64,000 nucleotides of DNA from Waterburya sp. (lineage in GTDB: Bacteria; Cyanobacteriota; Cyanobacteriia; Cyanobacteriales; Xenococcaceae). This document shows, piece by piece, positions 8,759-20,134 of this stretch; the first letter of the stretch is position 1; each line of letters starts with the position of its first letter. Made by a program: the position numbers and the translations under genes. The stretch lies in contig CBDCJV010000002.1 of assembly GCA_965217895.1 (NCBI GenBank), forward strand, positions 4,544,001 to 4,608,000. Direction: 5' to 3'. The notes below the pieces were generated by a model. That model saw only the letters and a list, made by a program, of their open reading frames with translations, did not search any database and was not told where the DNA came from.

Positions 8759-9921
8759 ATACTAAATCCGATTTATAAAGTATGTAAACAACAAGCGTTT
8801 TTTAGCCAATGATAGTTAGTCAATTTACGAACTTCATCTTTCATTTCACTGACTACACAACAACGCTCAACTAAAATGTCCTCTATCTCATTGATAGTTT
8901 CAAAATATTGATTTACCAGAGGTTCATCTACTAACTGCCATAACCTTTCGGCTGGCTGTAACTCTGGAGAATAAGGAGGTAAAAAATCAATCTTTATTCC
9001 CTCTGGAATAATCGCTTTTTTGCTGTGATGCCATCCTGCATTATCTTCTATCAAAAGAATTTTTTTTGATTATTAATTCCAGCATCAATAGCAAACTGTT
9101 GATAAACCAGATTCAGCCAATTTGTATTAACTCTGGGAATTAGATACCATAAAGTTTCTCCAGTTTTTGGCTTAACGAACCCATAAACATACAACCATTC
9201 GTATCGATGTTGTACTATTGCTTCTGGTCGATGACCAACTTTTGACCAAACCTTTTTTAGTATTGGTTTTAATCCTGCTCTATGCTCGTCGAAAAACCAC
9301 AGTTCTACCTCCACATCTGGATTTTCTTGTTCAAGTTGCTTAAGTTTCAATGGCAAGTTACTTTTGAACATCTCTTGCTCTAATTTATTGGCTTTTTTAT
9401 GTGTTGGTCTTGGACTTTGCCAAGAGTAACCGCACTTTTTTAAGTAGTCCCATCCTCTCTGATTCCCGACTTTTTCTCTGCCCGTTTCTTTTTCAATCCA
9501 GCGAGCTACCTTAGTTCCTGTCCAGATTTCTCCGTCTGGTAACTCTTTGGCGATCGCTTTTGTTAGTTTTTCTAATTGTGGTTGTGATAGTAACCTTTTT
9601 TTTCCTCTAACATGATTGCTGGTTTTATTTTGGCAATTTTTGACCCCTTCCTCTCCATAGAGGTTGTACCGACCGAGAATCTTTTGAGCATAAGAATAAG
9701 AACATCCCACAGCGAGCGCACTATTTTTAATCGTCCATCCCAAAGATATTTTCGCGATTCAGATGCCATCTTCTCACTTCCACTGAGTTTTGACTCTTCA
9801 GATACTTTTCTTTTAGTTCAGAAGAACTAAAATGTTTTGCTAAATAAGCTGTTTTTGGCATTTAACATTTTTAAGTTATTCCTCACTATTTTATACACAC
9901 TTTGGTAATCGGATTTAGTAT
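8759..9921 (-). mobile_element. Second IS630-family element
   Basis: Inverted repeat ATACTAAATCCGATT (8759) / AATCGGATTTAGTAT (9907-9921) enclosing split transposase ORFs. Confidence 0.88.
8773..9861 (-). pseudogene. IS630 transposase with two frameshifts
   Basis: MPKTAYLAKHF..RRWHL is out of frame with LGWTIKNSA near 9755. FFDEHR lies in the middle ORF, and a shift at an A-run near 9060 leads to EDNAGWH..PPYSPELQPAE. Confidence 0.8.
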
Positions 9922-10470
9922 TACATGAGCATTAGGGTTTTGACTAAAACGTAATGCACACCAACGAAGCATTTTTCTTCTGAGAGATTTAAATTCTTTA
10001 AGATTAGGTTTAACAGTAGTTATATCTACATATATTTCTTCACCATTTGGCTTAACAACAAAAACATCGACACGCTTATCTTGGTCTATGTTTGTTACTC
10101 CAGACTGAATACTATTCCTAATCAAAGTTATTTCATTTTGTTTATTAGGTTTTCTTCTTTTTGTTTCTATTTCTGAACAAATTTGATTTATTAAAGCTTC
10201 TGTCTTATTATCTATCTGACCAAATAAATCGTATTGCGTATTTACTTGATAGCCAGCCCCTTCAGCTAATATTTTAGCAATTTGCTCATACAATGACATT
10301 CCAAAAGAAGTATATAAAGACTGCATTATAGATGCAATTACTACCGTTTCCTTGGTGAAAATTGCCTCAAAAAAGGGTTTATAATCTGATTCAGAAGTAT
10401 ATTTTTTGATCTTGTCATTAATCTTACTAGCTATTAAATTTTTAATCTGAAGCCTAGTAGTTTCATTCAC
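9922..10470 (-). pseudogene. Type II restriction endonuclease (TdeIII-like), 3'-truncated by IS630
   Basis: YKPF, SLYTSFGMSLYEQIA, VDVF..YVDITTVKPN PD-(D/E)xK-like core. The last codons of the called ORF (ILNPITKVCIK) come from the IS end. Confidence 0.7.
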
Positions 10471-10570
10471 AGTTTAATTTTATAGAGTTTACACTTTTTG
10501 TAACCGTAAACTCATTAGATGTCGAGAGTTTGAGAAGATTTATACGAATTGGCGATTGCTTTTTTACAAC

Positions 10571-10600
10571 AAAAAGAGTAGGCTTAACTATCACCTACTC
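10571..10600 (-). terminator. Intrinsic terminator after thiC
   Basis: GAGTAGG..CCTACTC stem followed by a T-run on the minus strand. Confidence 0.6.
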
Positions 10601-10634
10601 ATAGTTGAATTTATTTGTAACTATTAGTTGTCAA

Positions 10635-12114
<1,480 letters not shown>

Positions 12115-12489
12115 ATTTGGAAATATATCATTTTTTCTGGCTACAATTTCTCCAGACCCTGATAAATTAATTATTTCTTACAATTTGCTCCTAACTTTTA
12201 ATACAGCTACGGCTCAAAATAAAAAAGATGCTCGACAGAACATCTCTAGTTAACAGTAATTGGTATATTTTATCTGCCAGCAGTTTTATAAATGATTTAG
12301 CTGGCAGTATTGATAATCATATTTATCAAATTAATCATAATTTGAACCCAGTGTCGAAGACAGTGATCTCTAGCACACGCATTAAAAATACCGAAGCGAT
12401 CGCACCTTTTAATAAATGGGTTTAAAGCCCCGCCACGATCAATTATTATTGTTAATTGTTAATTGATGAGAGCAACTGTTATTTAGTAT

Positions 12490-13464
12490 TTAATGTACCC
12501 GATCGCTGTCTTGTGGTTTAAATTCATTGCGTCTTAACCGTAGTTGAATATCTTCTAATAGCTGGCGGTTTACTCCCATCAAGTCAGCAACTAAACCAAA
12601 AATTAATAGCTGCACCCCAATTAAAATTAAGATTGCTGCCAAAATTAAGCTAGGAACACGAGGTTTGGCAGGATTATCACCAATAATGCCCCAAAACAGC
12701 AATAACCAACGGCAGCATAATAAGAATCCAACGCTTAAAGGTAAGCTTCCCAAAGCCATAAAGAATTGAAGTGGGCGATAGGTCATAAAGATCCGCACGA
12801 TAGTTAGGATCGAATGCTGTATATATGCCGAGATGCTTTTGACCAGCCGAGAAGGACGTAAATAAGCGTTGGTACGGATCGGCACAGAAGTAATTGCCAA
12901 ACCTCTTTGACCAGCCTGGATGATTGTCTCTAGGGTGTAGGTATATTCGTTGAAAACATTTAGCCTCAAAGCAGCCTCGCGACTAATTGCTCGAAACCCG
13001 CTGGGAGCATCTGGAATGTCGGTTTTGCTAGCGACGCGCACTACCAAACTACCTAACTTTTGTAAGAATTTTTTGAGCGGCGAAAAATGTTTGATATCTT
13101 GAATTTGTCTAGCACCGATAACTATTTCTGCCCTACCTTCAAGGATAGGCGCGATGAGCTTAGGAATATCCCCTGCACAATATTGATTATCAGCATCGGT
13201 ATTGACAATAATATCTGCTCCCGCCTTCAAACAAGCTTCAATTCCTGCCATAAAGCCCTTTGCTAGCCCTTGATTAGACTTAAAATCAACAATATGATCT
13301 ACACCACAGGCTTGAGCAACTTCCAGGGTGCGATCGCGACTACCATCATTGATAATCAACCATTCGACTCGATCTATACCTGGTAGCTGGCGGGGAAGTT
13401 CAGACAAAGCTAACCCCAAAGTTGCTTCCTCGTTATAACAAGGAATTTGAATAATCAGTTTCAT
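12490..13464 (-). CDS. Glycosyltransferase family 2 (DPM1-like) with C-terminal TM helices
   Basis: IPCYNEE, INDGSRD, TDADNQY, SGFRA. Confidence 0.9.
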   Translation of the reverse strand: MKLIIQIPCYNEEATLGLALSELPRQLPGIDRVEWLIINDGSRDRTLEVAQACGVDHIVDFKSNQGLAKGFMAGIEACLKAGADIIVNTDADNQYCAGDIPKLIAPILEGRAEIVIGARQIQDIKHFSPLKKFLQKLGSLVVRVASKTDIPDAPSGFRAISREAALRLNVFNEYTYTLETIIQAGQRGLAITSVPIRTNAYLRPSRLVKSISAYIQHSILTIVRIFMTYRPLQFFMALGSLPLSVGFLLCCRWLLLFWGIIGDNPAKPRVPSLILAAILILIGVQLLIFGLVADLMGVNRQLLEDIQLRLRRNEFKPQDSDRVH

Positions 13465-15129
13465 TTAGCTAGCAGAAGATGATGGTTGATTGTCGCGCTT
13501 AATTGTCCAGAAAGGAAAATTTTGGCTAGGGTTAATCGCTACGCCGTCGATTCCATTTTGGGCAAAAACATAGTCCTTGGTTTGCCAAAGAGGAATATAA
13601 GGAACATCCTGCGCCAGTAATTCCTGTAGTTCGACAAAAATAGCTTCTCGTTTGGTGGGATCTTGTTCTTGGCGAGATTGCTCGATTAACTGATTAGCGC
13701 GATCGCTATAGTAAAACGAACCTCTACTCTGTGCCGCACCTTCTTCGCAACCAACATTGGGCGAACCTTTGCTACAGCTAAGAAATGGCTGGATGTAGTT
13801 GTCAGGATCGAGAAAATCAGGATACCAATCAACTAAGGCAGTAGGATATATTCCTTGACTTAGGTTGCTAAAAAAGGAGGCAGATTCTACGCTATTGGGT
13901 ATAAATTGAATAATCCCCCCTAACTCTTGTTCTGCATAAGCTTTAATCGTATCAGCAACAATACCGCGAGTAATTGAACCAGAAGGATGCCAAATCTCGA
14001 TAATTGCGGGATTTTCAGTAGAGTAACCCGCTTTAGTCAGTAGCTCTTTTGCTTTAGCCGTATTGCCATCGCCGTAGAGCTTTTCAAAAGTAGGTTTATA
14101 GCTATCAAAAGCTGTGGGAATTAAGCTGTAAATTGGTTCTGCCTGACCTTTTAATACCCTGTCGTTAATTAAAGCACGTTTAATAGCTGAAGCGATCGCC
14201 TGACGTACTTCTGGCTGATTCAGAGGTTTTTGCTGGAGATTAAGAACCAGATAGTTAACTACTGTGCCTGAACCTTCAATTACCTGCCAATTGTTTTCCG
14301 CGCTATCGATCAATTTATCAATTTGTTGGGGATCGAGAGACTGGTAAGCTACGTCTATTGCTCCAGTTTTAAAACTATTATATAAATTGGCTGAGTTTCC
14401 ACCATAGACCTGTAGATCGATACCTTTGTTAGCTGGTTTGTCTCCCCAATAATTGTCATTAGAATTTAGGCTAATCGAATCGCTCTTAAATTGACCCAGC
14501 TTATATTTTCCCGTACCAATCATAATATTGGGCTTAAACTCACCTGCGCCAATTTTGTATGCTTGAGGAGATACTGCACAAGCACCAGGAAAAGCTAATA
14601 AAGCAGGAAAGGCTGCAAAAGGCTGTTTTAAACTAATCTTTAGTTCATATTCTGCCTTAGCTTCTACTTTACTTATAACATCCCCCAGTAAAAAGGCTGG
14701 TTGTCCGCCATTCTGCATAAAGCGTTGCAAAGAAAAAGCCATTGCTTCGGCGTTAAATTTAGCACCATCATGAAAGGTAACACCTTGGCGTAAAGGAATG
14801 GTATAAACTAAGCCATCTTCACTAATTTGTGGCACAGCCGTTGCCAACAATGGCTCGATTTCAGTTGTTCCCAGTTTGTAGGTATAGAGACTTTCACCAA
14901 CGTTGTAAATAATGTTTAATCCCGCTAACTCATAATTATCGGCTGGATCTAAGGTACGGGGTTTTAAAGTTGTGCCGACAGAAATGCGATCGCTATCGAC
15001 GGTATTTTTCCCAGAGGATTTATTACCATTACAGCCAACGGTTAAAGCCAAACATAAAGAAAATAAGATTATATATTTATAAATTTTGCATAACTGCTGC
15101 CACAGGCAAGAAAACTGGTTGTTGCTCAT
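13465..15129 (-). CDS. ABC transporter peptide-type substrate-binding lipoprotein (family 5)
   Basis: Lipobox LTVGC, LRQGVTFHDG, WYPDFLDPDNY. Confidence 0.92.
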   Translation of the reverse strand: MSNNQFSCLWQQLCKIYKYIILFSLCLALTVGCNGNKSSGKNTVDSDRISVGTTLKPRTLDPADNYELAGLNIIYNVGESLYTYKLGTTEIEPLLATAVPQISEDGLVYTIPLRQGVTFHDGAKFNAEAMAFSLQRFMQNGGQPAFLLGDVISKVEAKAEYELKISLKQPFAAFPALLAFPGACAVSPQAYKIGAGEFKPNIMIGTGKYKLGQFKSDSISLNSNDNYWGDKPANKGIDLQVYGGNSANLYNSFKTGAIDVAYQSLDPQQIDKLIDSAENNWQVIEGSGTVVNYLVLNLQQKPLNQPEVRQAIASAIKRALINDRVLKGQAEPIYSLIPTAFDSYKPTFEKLYGDGNTAKAKELLTKAGYSTENPAIIEIWHPSGSITRGIVADTIKAYAEQELGGIIQFIPNSVESASFFSNLSQGIYPTALVDWYPDFLDPDNYIQPFLSCSKGSPNVGCEEGAAQSRGSFYYSDRANQLIEQSRQEQDPTKREAIFVELQELLAQDVPYIPLWQTKDYVFAQNGIDGVAINPSQNFPFWTIKRDNQPSSSAS

Positions 15130-15273
15130 TACCAAGTATGATGCTCTAAAAGTCTATCTCGCATGATAAATGCTAATTCATCAGATCGTCCTTAAGAAGA
15201 TATAAACTGCAAAACTTATTCTTGCTTTAGAACATATTTGCCAAAAATAACTTTTTAAACTATTCTAAATTAC

Positions 15274-15287
15274 AGACCGAACGGTCT
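15274..15287. promoter_or_regulatory. Palindromic TetR-type operator 1
   Basis: AGACCGAACGGTCT immediately upstream of the tetR start. Confidence 0.65.
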
Positions 15288-15301
15288 TAAATATTATTTT
15301 A

Positions 15302-15892
15302 ATGTCTAAAGCTCAACAAACTAAAGCTCGTATAATTCATCAAGCAGCAGAGTTGTTTAACCTCAAGGGTTATGCAGGTTCTTCTATTGCCGACATTATG
15401 CAGGCAACGGGGTTAAAGAAAGGAGGAATCTATAACCATTTTCAAAGCAAAGATGAATTGGCTTTAGAGGCGTTTGATTATACTTCTAACCTACTTAGTC
15501 AAAGGATTTGGAGTGTGGTAAAAACTAAGCGTAATGCAATTAAACGATTACAGGCACTAGTATCTAGTTACTTGATTTATATTAACGATCCGCCCATTGT
15601 TGGAGGTTGTCCAATATTGAATACAGCGATCGAGACTGATGATACAGATTCGCCTCTGCGCGATCGCGCTTTGCAAGCAATGAACTCTAGCCGTAGCTTG
15701 ATTGTACGTATTTTGCAAAAAGGTATTAAAAAAGGAGAAGTGCGGTCAACTGTTGAACCCGATACCGTCGCCACAATTATTTTTTCTACTTTAGAAGGGG
15801 CGATTATGATGAGCAAACTTGAACGGAATCCTATCCATCTAGAAAGAGCCGTAGCTCACCTACAAAGTTATATTCAAAGTAATCTTACTTAA
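15302..15892 (+). CDS. TetR/AcrR family regulator (NemR-like)
   Basis: HTH GLKKGGIYNHFQSKDEL and GCP motif. Confidence 0.93.
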   Translation: MSKAQQTKARIIHQAAELFNLKGYAGSSIADIMQATGLKKGGIYNHFQSKDELALEAFDYTSNLLSQRIWSVVKTKRNAIKRLQALVSSYLIYINDPPIVGGCPILNTAIETDDTDSPLRDRALQAMNSSRSLIVRILQKGIKKGEVRSTVEPDTVATIIFSTLEGAIMMSKLERNPIHLERAVAHLQSYIQSNLT

Positions 15893-15929
15893 AGCCAACT
15901 TAAATTACTGCTTTTTTTTAGGTAAAAAA

Positions 15930-15943
15930 AGACCGATCGGTTT
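15930..15943. promoter_or_regulatory. Palindromic TetR-type operator 2
   Basis: AGACCGATCGGTTT, a near copy of operator 1, upstream of the next genes. Confidence 0.6.
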
Positions 15944-15966
15944 GTAAATGTAATTTTAAATCTCAG

Positions 15967-16074
15967 ATGAAAAAACCACTTGAAGTAAGCCTAGAATTTC
16001 CTGTTAAAACCTATGACATCGATTTTGCAGGAATTGTGAGAAATATTGTTTATAACAGGATGTGTATATGTTAA
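15967..16074 (+). pseudogene. N-terminal remnant of a 4HBT/YbgC-like acyl-CoA thioesterase
   Basis: MKKPLEVSLEFPVKTYDIDFAGIVRNIVY followed by a stop after 35 aa. Confidence 0.65.
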
Positions 16075-16925
16075 ACATTAACAAAGGAACGACAGCGATC
16101 GCCTGTGCATCGGGTGGTTTTAAGGCAATCTTCGTACATGGGGTATTAAGTGCTTTTGAATCAGCAAACTTTCGTGCGGATGCCTATAGTTCTGCTTCTG
16201 CTTCGGTAGTGGTTGCAGCTTTAGCAAGTGTGAATAAGGCTAGAAAAGCGGGGATAGATTATTGGTTAAAAGGGATGAAAATGTATGATTGCACTAAAAG
16301 TATGAGTCAAGTTTCCTTGGCAGGAATTGATTACTTTAATATTAATGTTGGCGAAGAACTTTTTAATCGCCAGTCTCAGTTTTATATTGCCGCTAGTAAA
16401 GTAATCACCAAAGAGGCTGCCGAACAAACCCAAAGCAAACAAGCAAGAAGATTGGGCAAAAAACTATTAATTGCTGCTGCAAAAAAAGAGCGCAGTTGGA
16501 TAGATCGACATTTGAAACTAGATCTTTTTAGCACTACCGCAAAAGATAATTTGGCTTTAAATCGAGATAACTTTGCCGAGGTTGCTTATGCTTCTAGCAG
16601 AATGCTGCATATCTATGATGTACCAGCGTGGATTGATCGCAAGCCATATATAGATGCTTGTTATACCTGTATTTGTCCAGCTTTAGAAATGGTCGATATA
16701 GGATATCAAAAGGTAATCGCGATCGCAACTGAGGCGGGAAAGTTTGATCGCGATTTATTTCAATCGGAAGTTATTCCCACACAGTACAAACAAGTACCCA
16801 TACACATTGTCCAGCCAGATATAAATCCTAAAGAGTTAGGTGTAGATGTTTTCCAAGCTACACCAGAAGGAATAGCCGCTGTCTATCAACATGGTTTAGA
16901 TAAAGGCAGAGAGTTTTTAACATAA
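16068..16925 (+). CDS. Patatin-like fold hypothetical protein
   Basis: ACASGGFKAIFVHGVL glycine-rich motif, SSASAS at the nucleophile position, YIDA motif. Confidence 0.6.
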   Translation: MLNINKGTTAIACASGGFKAIFVHGVLSAFESANFRADAYSSASASVVVAALASVNKARKAGIDYWLKGMKMYDCTKSMSQVSLAGIDYFNINVGEELFNRQSQFYIAASKVITKEAAEQTQSKQARRLGKKLLIAAAKKERSWIDRHLKLDLFSTTAKDNLALNRDNFAEVAYASSRMLHIYDVPAWIDRKPYIDACYTCICPALEMVDIGYQKVIAIATEAGKFDRDLFQSEVIPTQYKQVPIHIVQPDINPKELGVDVFQATPEGIAAVYQHGLDKGREFLT

Positions 16926-16954
16926 TTACACAATAACTACGGAGGATTTAACTG

Positions 16955-17368
16955 ATGAACAAGCAAAGTAAAACTTGGTTACTGTCAATTTTTATTTTTA
17001 GCATTGCTATTACCAGTCTTCACTATACCGATAACGCTATTTTTGTTCGTGAATATCCCGAACCAGAATGGATTACAACTTCTGGTGTATTTATAATCTG
17101 GGTAGTAATGACTGCGATCGCAATTGTCAGTTATTGGCTTTATAGCAAACAACAATTTTGGTTAAGTTATTTTCTTTTGGGTGCTTATGCTGGTACAGGT
17201 TTATCTAGTCCCGCCCATTACTTTTATGGTGAACTATCTCAGTTTTCTGTAAAAATGCACGTCCTCATTTGGACTGATGTAATTGCAGGTTTATCAGTAG
17301 TTGCATTTCTTGTTTGGTCAGCATTAATTACTCAAGAATGGCGCAATATCCAGGAGACAGAAAGATGA
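16955..17368 (+). CDS. Hypothetical membrane protein (4 TM)
   Basis: Hydrophobic helices, GGAG RBS upstream. Confidence 0.75.
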   Translation: MNKQSKTWLLSIFIFSIAITSLHYTDNAIFVREYPEPEWITTSGVFIIWVVMTAIAIVSYWLYSKQQFWLSYFLLGAYAGTGLSSPAHYFYGELSQFSVKMHVLIWTDVIAGLSVVAFLVWSALITQEWRNIQETER

Positions 17369-17378
17369 GTACAGAGTT

Positions 17379-17438
17379 GTAGGCGGGCAAAGTAGATAAT
17401 TCTACCTGCCATAGACTATAAGCTTCTATTGCCCGCCA
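17379..17438. repeat. REP-like palindrome pair (GTAG type)
   Basis: GTAGGCGGGCAA ... TTGCCCGCC. Confidence 0.55.
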
Positions 17439-17474
17439 AAAAGCGAATGATTGGTAATCAAATAATTAATATTC

Positions 17475-18155
17475 ATGCTCAAATTTTATTACAATCCCTT
17501 ATCTCCTTTAGCCCGTCGTGTCTGGATTGCCTTGTTAGAGAAAGAAATATCTTTCACGCCCATAATCGTCAATCTTAAAGAAGGAGAACAGTTTAAGCGA
17601 GACTTTTTAGCAATTAATCCTTTTCATCATGTACCTGTAATTATTGATGATGGTTTAAGGGTTTTAGAGTCTTTAGCAATTTTAGATTATTTAGAAAGTA
17701 AATATCCCCAGAATCCTTTACTACCGAGCGATTCTTCCAGATTAGCTAAAGTACGCATGGCGCAAATGGTAGCCAATAATGAGTTGTCATCTTTAGTAAT
17801 TCCCTTGATTAGTGAAGCAGCAGACTCGCCAAAGCTAGCAGGAATAAAACGTAAAATCACCAGAATACTTGATTTTTTGGGAGAGTTGTTAGATGAAGAT
17901 GTTTATTTTGGTGGAGATAGCCTTTCTCTAGGAGATATTGTTGCGGGAAATGCCGTTATCTTAGCTTCTAAATTAGGCTTCGATCTAAGTCAGGTAGAAA
18001 AAATTGAGCGGTGGTGCGATCGCCTGATGCAAAGAGAAGTTTGGCAACAAACTCAACCCAATGACGAACAGGTAGAGATATTTAAGCAAACCGTACAGAA
18101 GTTAATTGAATCTCAAGGTCAAGCCCAAGTTATTTATCAGGTTAAGCGATCCTAA
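17475..18155 (+). CDS. Glutathione S-transferase family protein
   Basis: SPLARRVWIALLEK, INPFHHVP, ESLAILDYL. Confidence 0.92.
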   Translation: MLKFYYNPLSPLARRVWIALLEKEISFTPIIVNLKEGEQFKRDFLAINPFHHVPVIIDDGLRVLESLAILDYLESKYPQNPLLPSDSSRLAKVRMAQMVANNELSSLVIPLISEAADSPKLAGIKRKITRILDFLGELLDEDVYFGGDSLSLGDIVAGNAVILASKLGFDLSQVEKIERWCDRLMQREVWQQTQPNDEQVEIFKQTVQKLIESQGQAQVIYQVKRS

Positions 18156-18229
18156 GTAAAAAAACGCTCTAACTACAACTTTCAGTAAGATAAAAGCCAG
18201 TAATTTACCATATCCATTACAATTCAAAC

Positions 18230-18790
18230 ATGGCTAATTTAAGCTTAAATTTAGGGTGCGGAACAAAACTTCTTGACGGATATATTAATGTTGACAAATT
18301 TGGCGATCCCGATCTTTGCCTCGATCTAGAAACGTTTCCCTATCCTTGGCAAGACAATACTGTAGCTAAAATTGAAATGCACCATGTTTTAGAACATCTA
18401 GGACAACAAACCCAGATTTATCTCAAAATAATCCAAGAACTTTATCGCATTTGTCAGCCAAGTGCCAAGATACATATAACTGTCCCTCATCATCGCAGCG
18501 ACAGATTTTTCCACGATCCTACTCATGTTCGTCCCATTACGCCTGTAGGATTAAGTATGTTCTCAAAACAAAATAATCGAGAATGGCAAGCAAAGGGAAA
18601 AGCATTTACTTTACTTGCCTTGTATTTAGACGTTGACTTTGAATTAACCCAGGCAAAATATACCCCTAGTGAAATTTGGTTTGATCGATATCCAGAGAGT
18701 GCAGCCGATAAAAACCTTTTGCTAAAAGAAAGTGAAATATACTGCAACTTAATCAAAGATGTAGAAATGATTTTGACGGTAATAAAATAG
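18230..18790 (+). CDS. Class I SAM-dependent methyltransferase
   Basis: LNLGCG, HVLEHL, DPTHVR. Confidence 0.85.
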   Translation: MANLSLNLGCGTKLLDGYINVDKFGDPDLCLDLETFPYPWQDNTVAKIEMHHVLEHLGQQTQIYLKIIQELYRICQPSAKIHITVPHHRSDRFFHDPTHVRPITPVGLSMFSKQNNREWQAKGKAFTLLALYLDVDFELTQAKYTPSEIWFDRYPESAADKNLLLKESEIYCNLIKDVEMILTVIK

Positions 18791-18820
18791 TTAAGTTAGC
18801 AGAAAAAATAACGAGGTTAT

Positions 18821-19369
18821 ATGATTTTAACTACTTACAAATGGTCTATTGAAGAATGGCACGAATTAGTTGACTTTGGATTGCTAGAAGGAAAACCAGT
18901 TGAGTTTCTAGAAGGAGAAATTGTAGAGGTGAGTCCAGAGGGAATTGAACATAGCTACACTAATCGTTCTATTGTTAAATATTTAAGACAATTACTTGCT
19001 CAAAAAGCAGAGATTATCCAAGCTCAACCCATCACACTAGACAATAGCGAACCTGAACCTGATGTTACTGTTGCCAAACTACCAGAAACTAGATATCTCA
19101 ATCATCACCCTTATTCTCAAGATATCTATTGGCTGATTGAAGTATCTAATAGGACATTAAACAAAGACTTAAATCAGAAAATTATTACCTATGCTCGTAA
19201 TGGTATACCTGAATATTGGGTAATCGATCTAGTTAATAAAAAACTAATTATTCATACTCAAGTACAAAACAATGGTTACGCTCAAATTACTGAATATACA
19301 ACAGGTACGGTTTCACCTTTAGCTTTTCCTAATATTGCGATCGCCTTGAATGAATTATTGCTTTATTAA
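18821..19369 (+). CDS. Uma2 family endonuclease-like protein
   Basis: SEPEPD, LIEVS, GIPEYWVIDL. Confidence 0.92.
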   Translation: MILTTYKWSIEEWHELVDFGLLEGKPVEFLEGEIVEVSPEGIEHSYTNRSIVKYLRQLLAQKAEIIQAQPITLDNSEPEPDVTVAKLPETRYLNHHPYSQDIYWLIEVSNRTLNKDLNQKIITYARNGIPEYWVIDLVNKKLIIHTQVQNNGYAQITEYTTGTVSPLAFPNIAIALNELLLY

Positions 19370-19405
19370 ACATCAATAAGGCGATCGCCGTTATATATTT
19401 GCTAT

Positions 19406-19670
19406 TTAATTACGCCCTGCGGTAACTCCCCCATCCACAGGTAATACAACCCCTGTAATCCAACCAGAGCGATCGCTATCGGCTAGAAATAAAACTGCTT
19501 CAGTAATATCTTGAGCTTGTCCATTACGACCAAGAGGATGAAAATCATTAAACGAAGCTAACTGTTCATTGGTTAACAACGAATCAAATAGAGGCGTTTC
19601 GACTACAGTAAGAGCGATCGCATTTACTCTAATTTTATCGGGCGCGAACTCAATTGCTAAATTTATGGTT
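19406..19670 (-). pseudogene. C-terminal remnant of an SDR oxidoreductase
   Basis: Minus frame reads NLAIEFAPDKIRVNAIA..HPLGRNGQAQDITEAVLFLA..WITGVVLPVDGGVTAGRN* with no N-terminal Rossmann part. Confidence 0.8.
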
Positions 19671-19802
19671 AATTTATGCTTAAATCTAGGGTGTGGTACT
19701 AAACGTCTCGACGGATATATTAACGTCGATAAATTTGGCGATCCCGATCTTTGTTTTGATTTAAAAACGTTCCCTTATCCCTGGGAAAATAACAGCAGTT
19801 AA
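19665..19802 (+). pseudogene. Truncated paralogous copy of the 18230 methyltransferase N-terminus
   Basis: MVNLCLNLGCGTKRLDGYINVDKFGDPDLCFDLKTFPYPW* closely matches the start of 18230-18790. Confidence 0.8.
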
Positions 19803-20020
19803 AAATCGTGAATTGAATAATTTATAGATTAAGCGTAATGCTGCAATATTCAAATTTTGAATTTTATTAAATTCTTGTTTGGCGATCGCTTATGCGCTGC
19901 CGAAGTAACCTTTGCTGCTAGCTACTTTTAAATTAGTAACCTTCTTGTACTTTCTAGGATAATAATATACAGTCTAATACCAAATCAATGAATGTTTGTA
20001 ACACCTGAAAATAATCTGAG

Positions 20021-20046
20021 GATAGAGCGGGCATTGCCCACTCTAC
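20021..20046. repeat. REP-like palindrome
   Basis: TAGAGCGGGCA-T-TGCCCACTCTAC. Confidence 0.55.
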
Positions 20047-20134
20047 AAGCGATCTGTTGCATTCTTTTTTCTATTTGGTATAAGTTCGGGTTAATTACCT
20101 AGCAATTATTTCTATTGACTGACAACCAAAAAAA

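Noticed and set aside
12228..12440. 65-aa ORF and an AAATGGGTTTAAAGCCCC motif resembling an IS200/IS605 end
   Set aside because: The ORF has no features. The motif is too short, with no hairpin partner or tnpB.
18230..19802. Methyltransferase duplicate considered as a DGR TR/VR pair
   Set aside because: Differences are not confined to adenines and there is no reverse transcriptase nearby.
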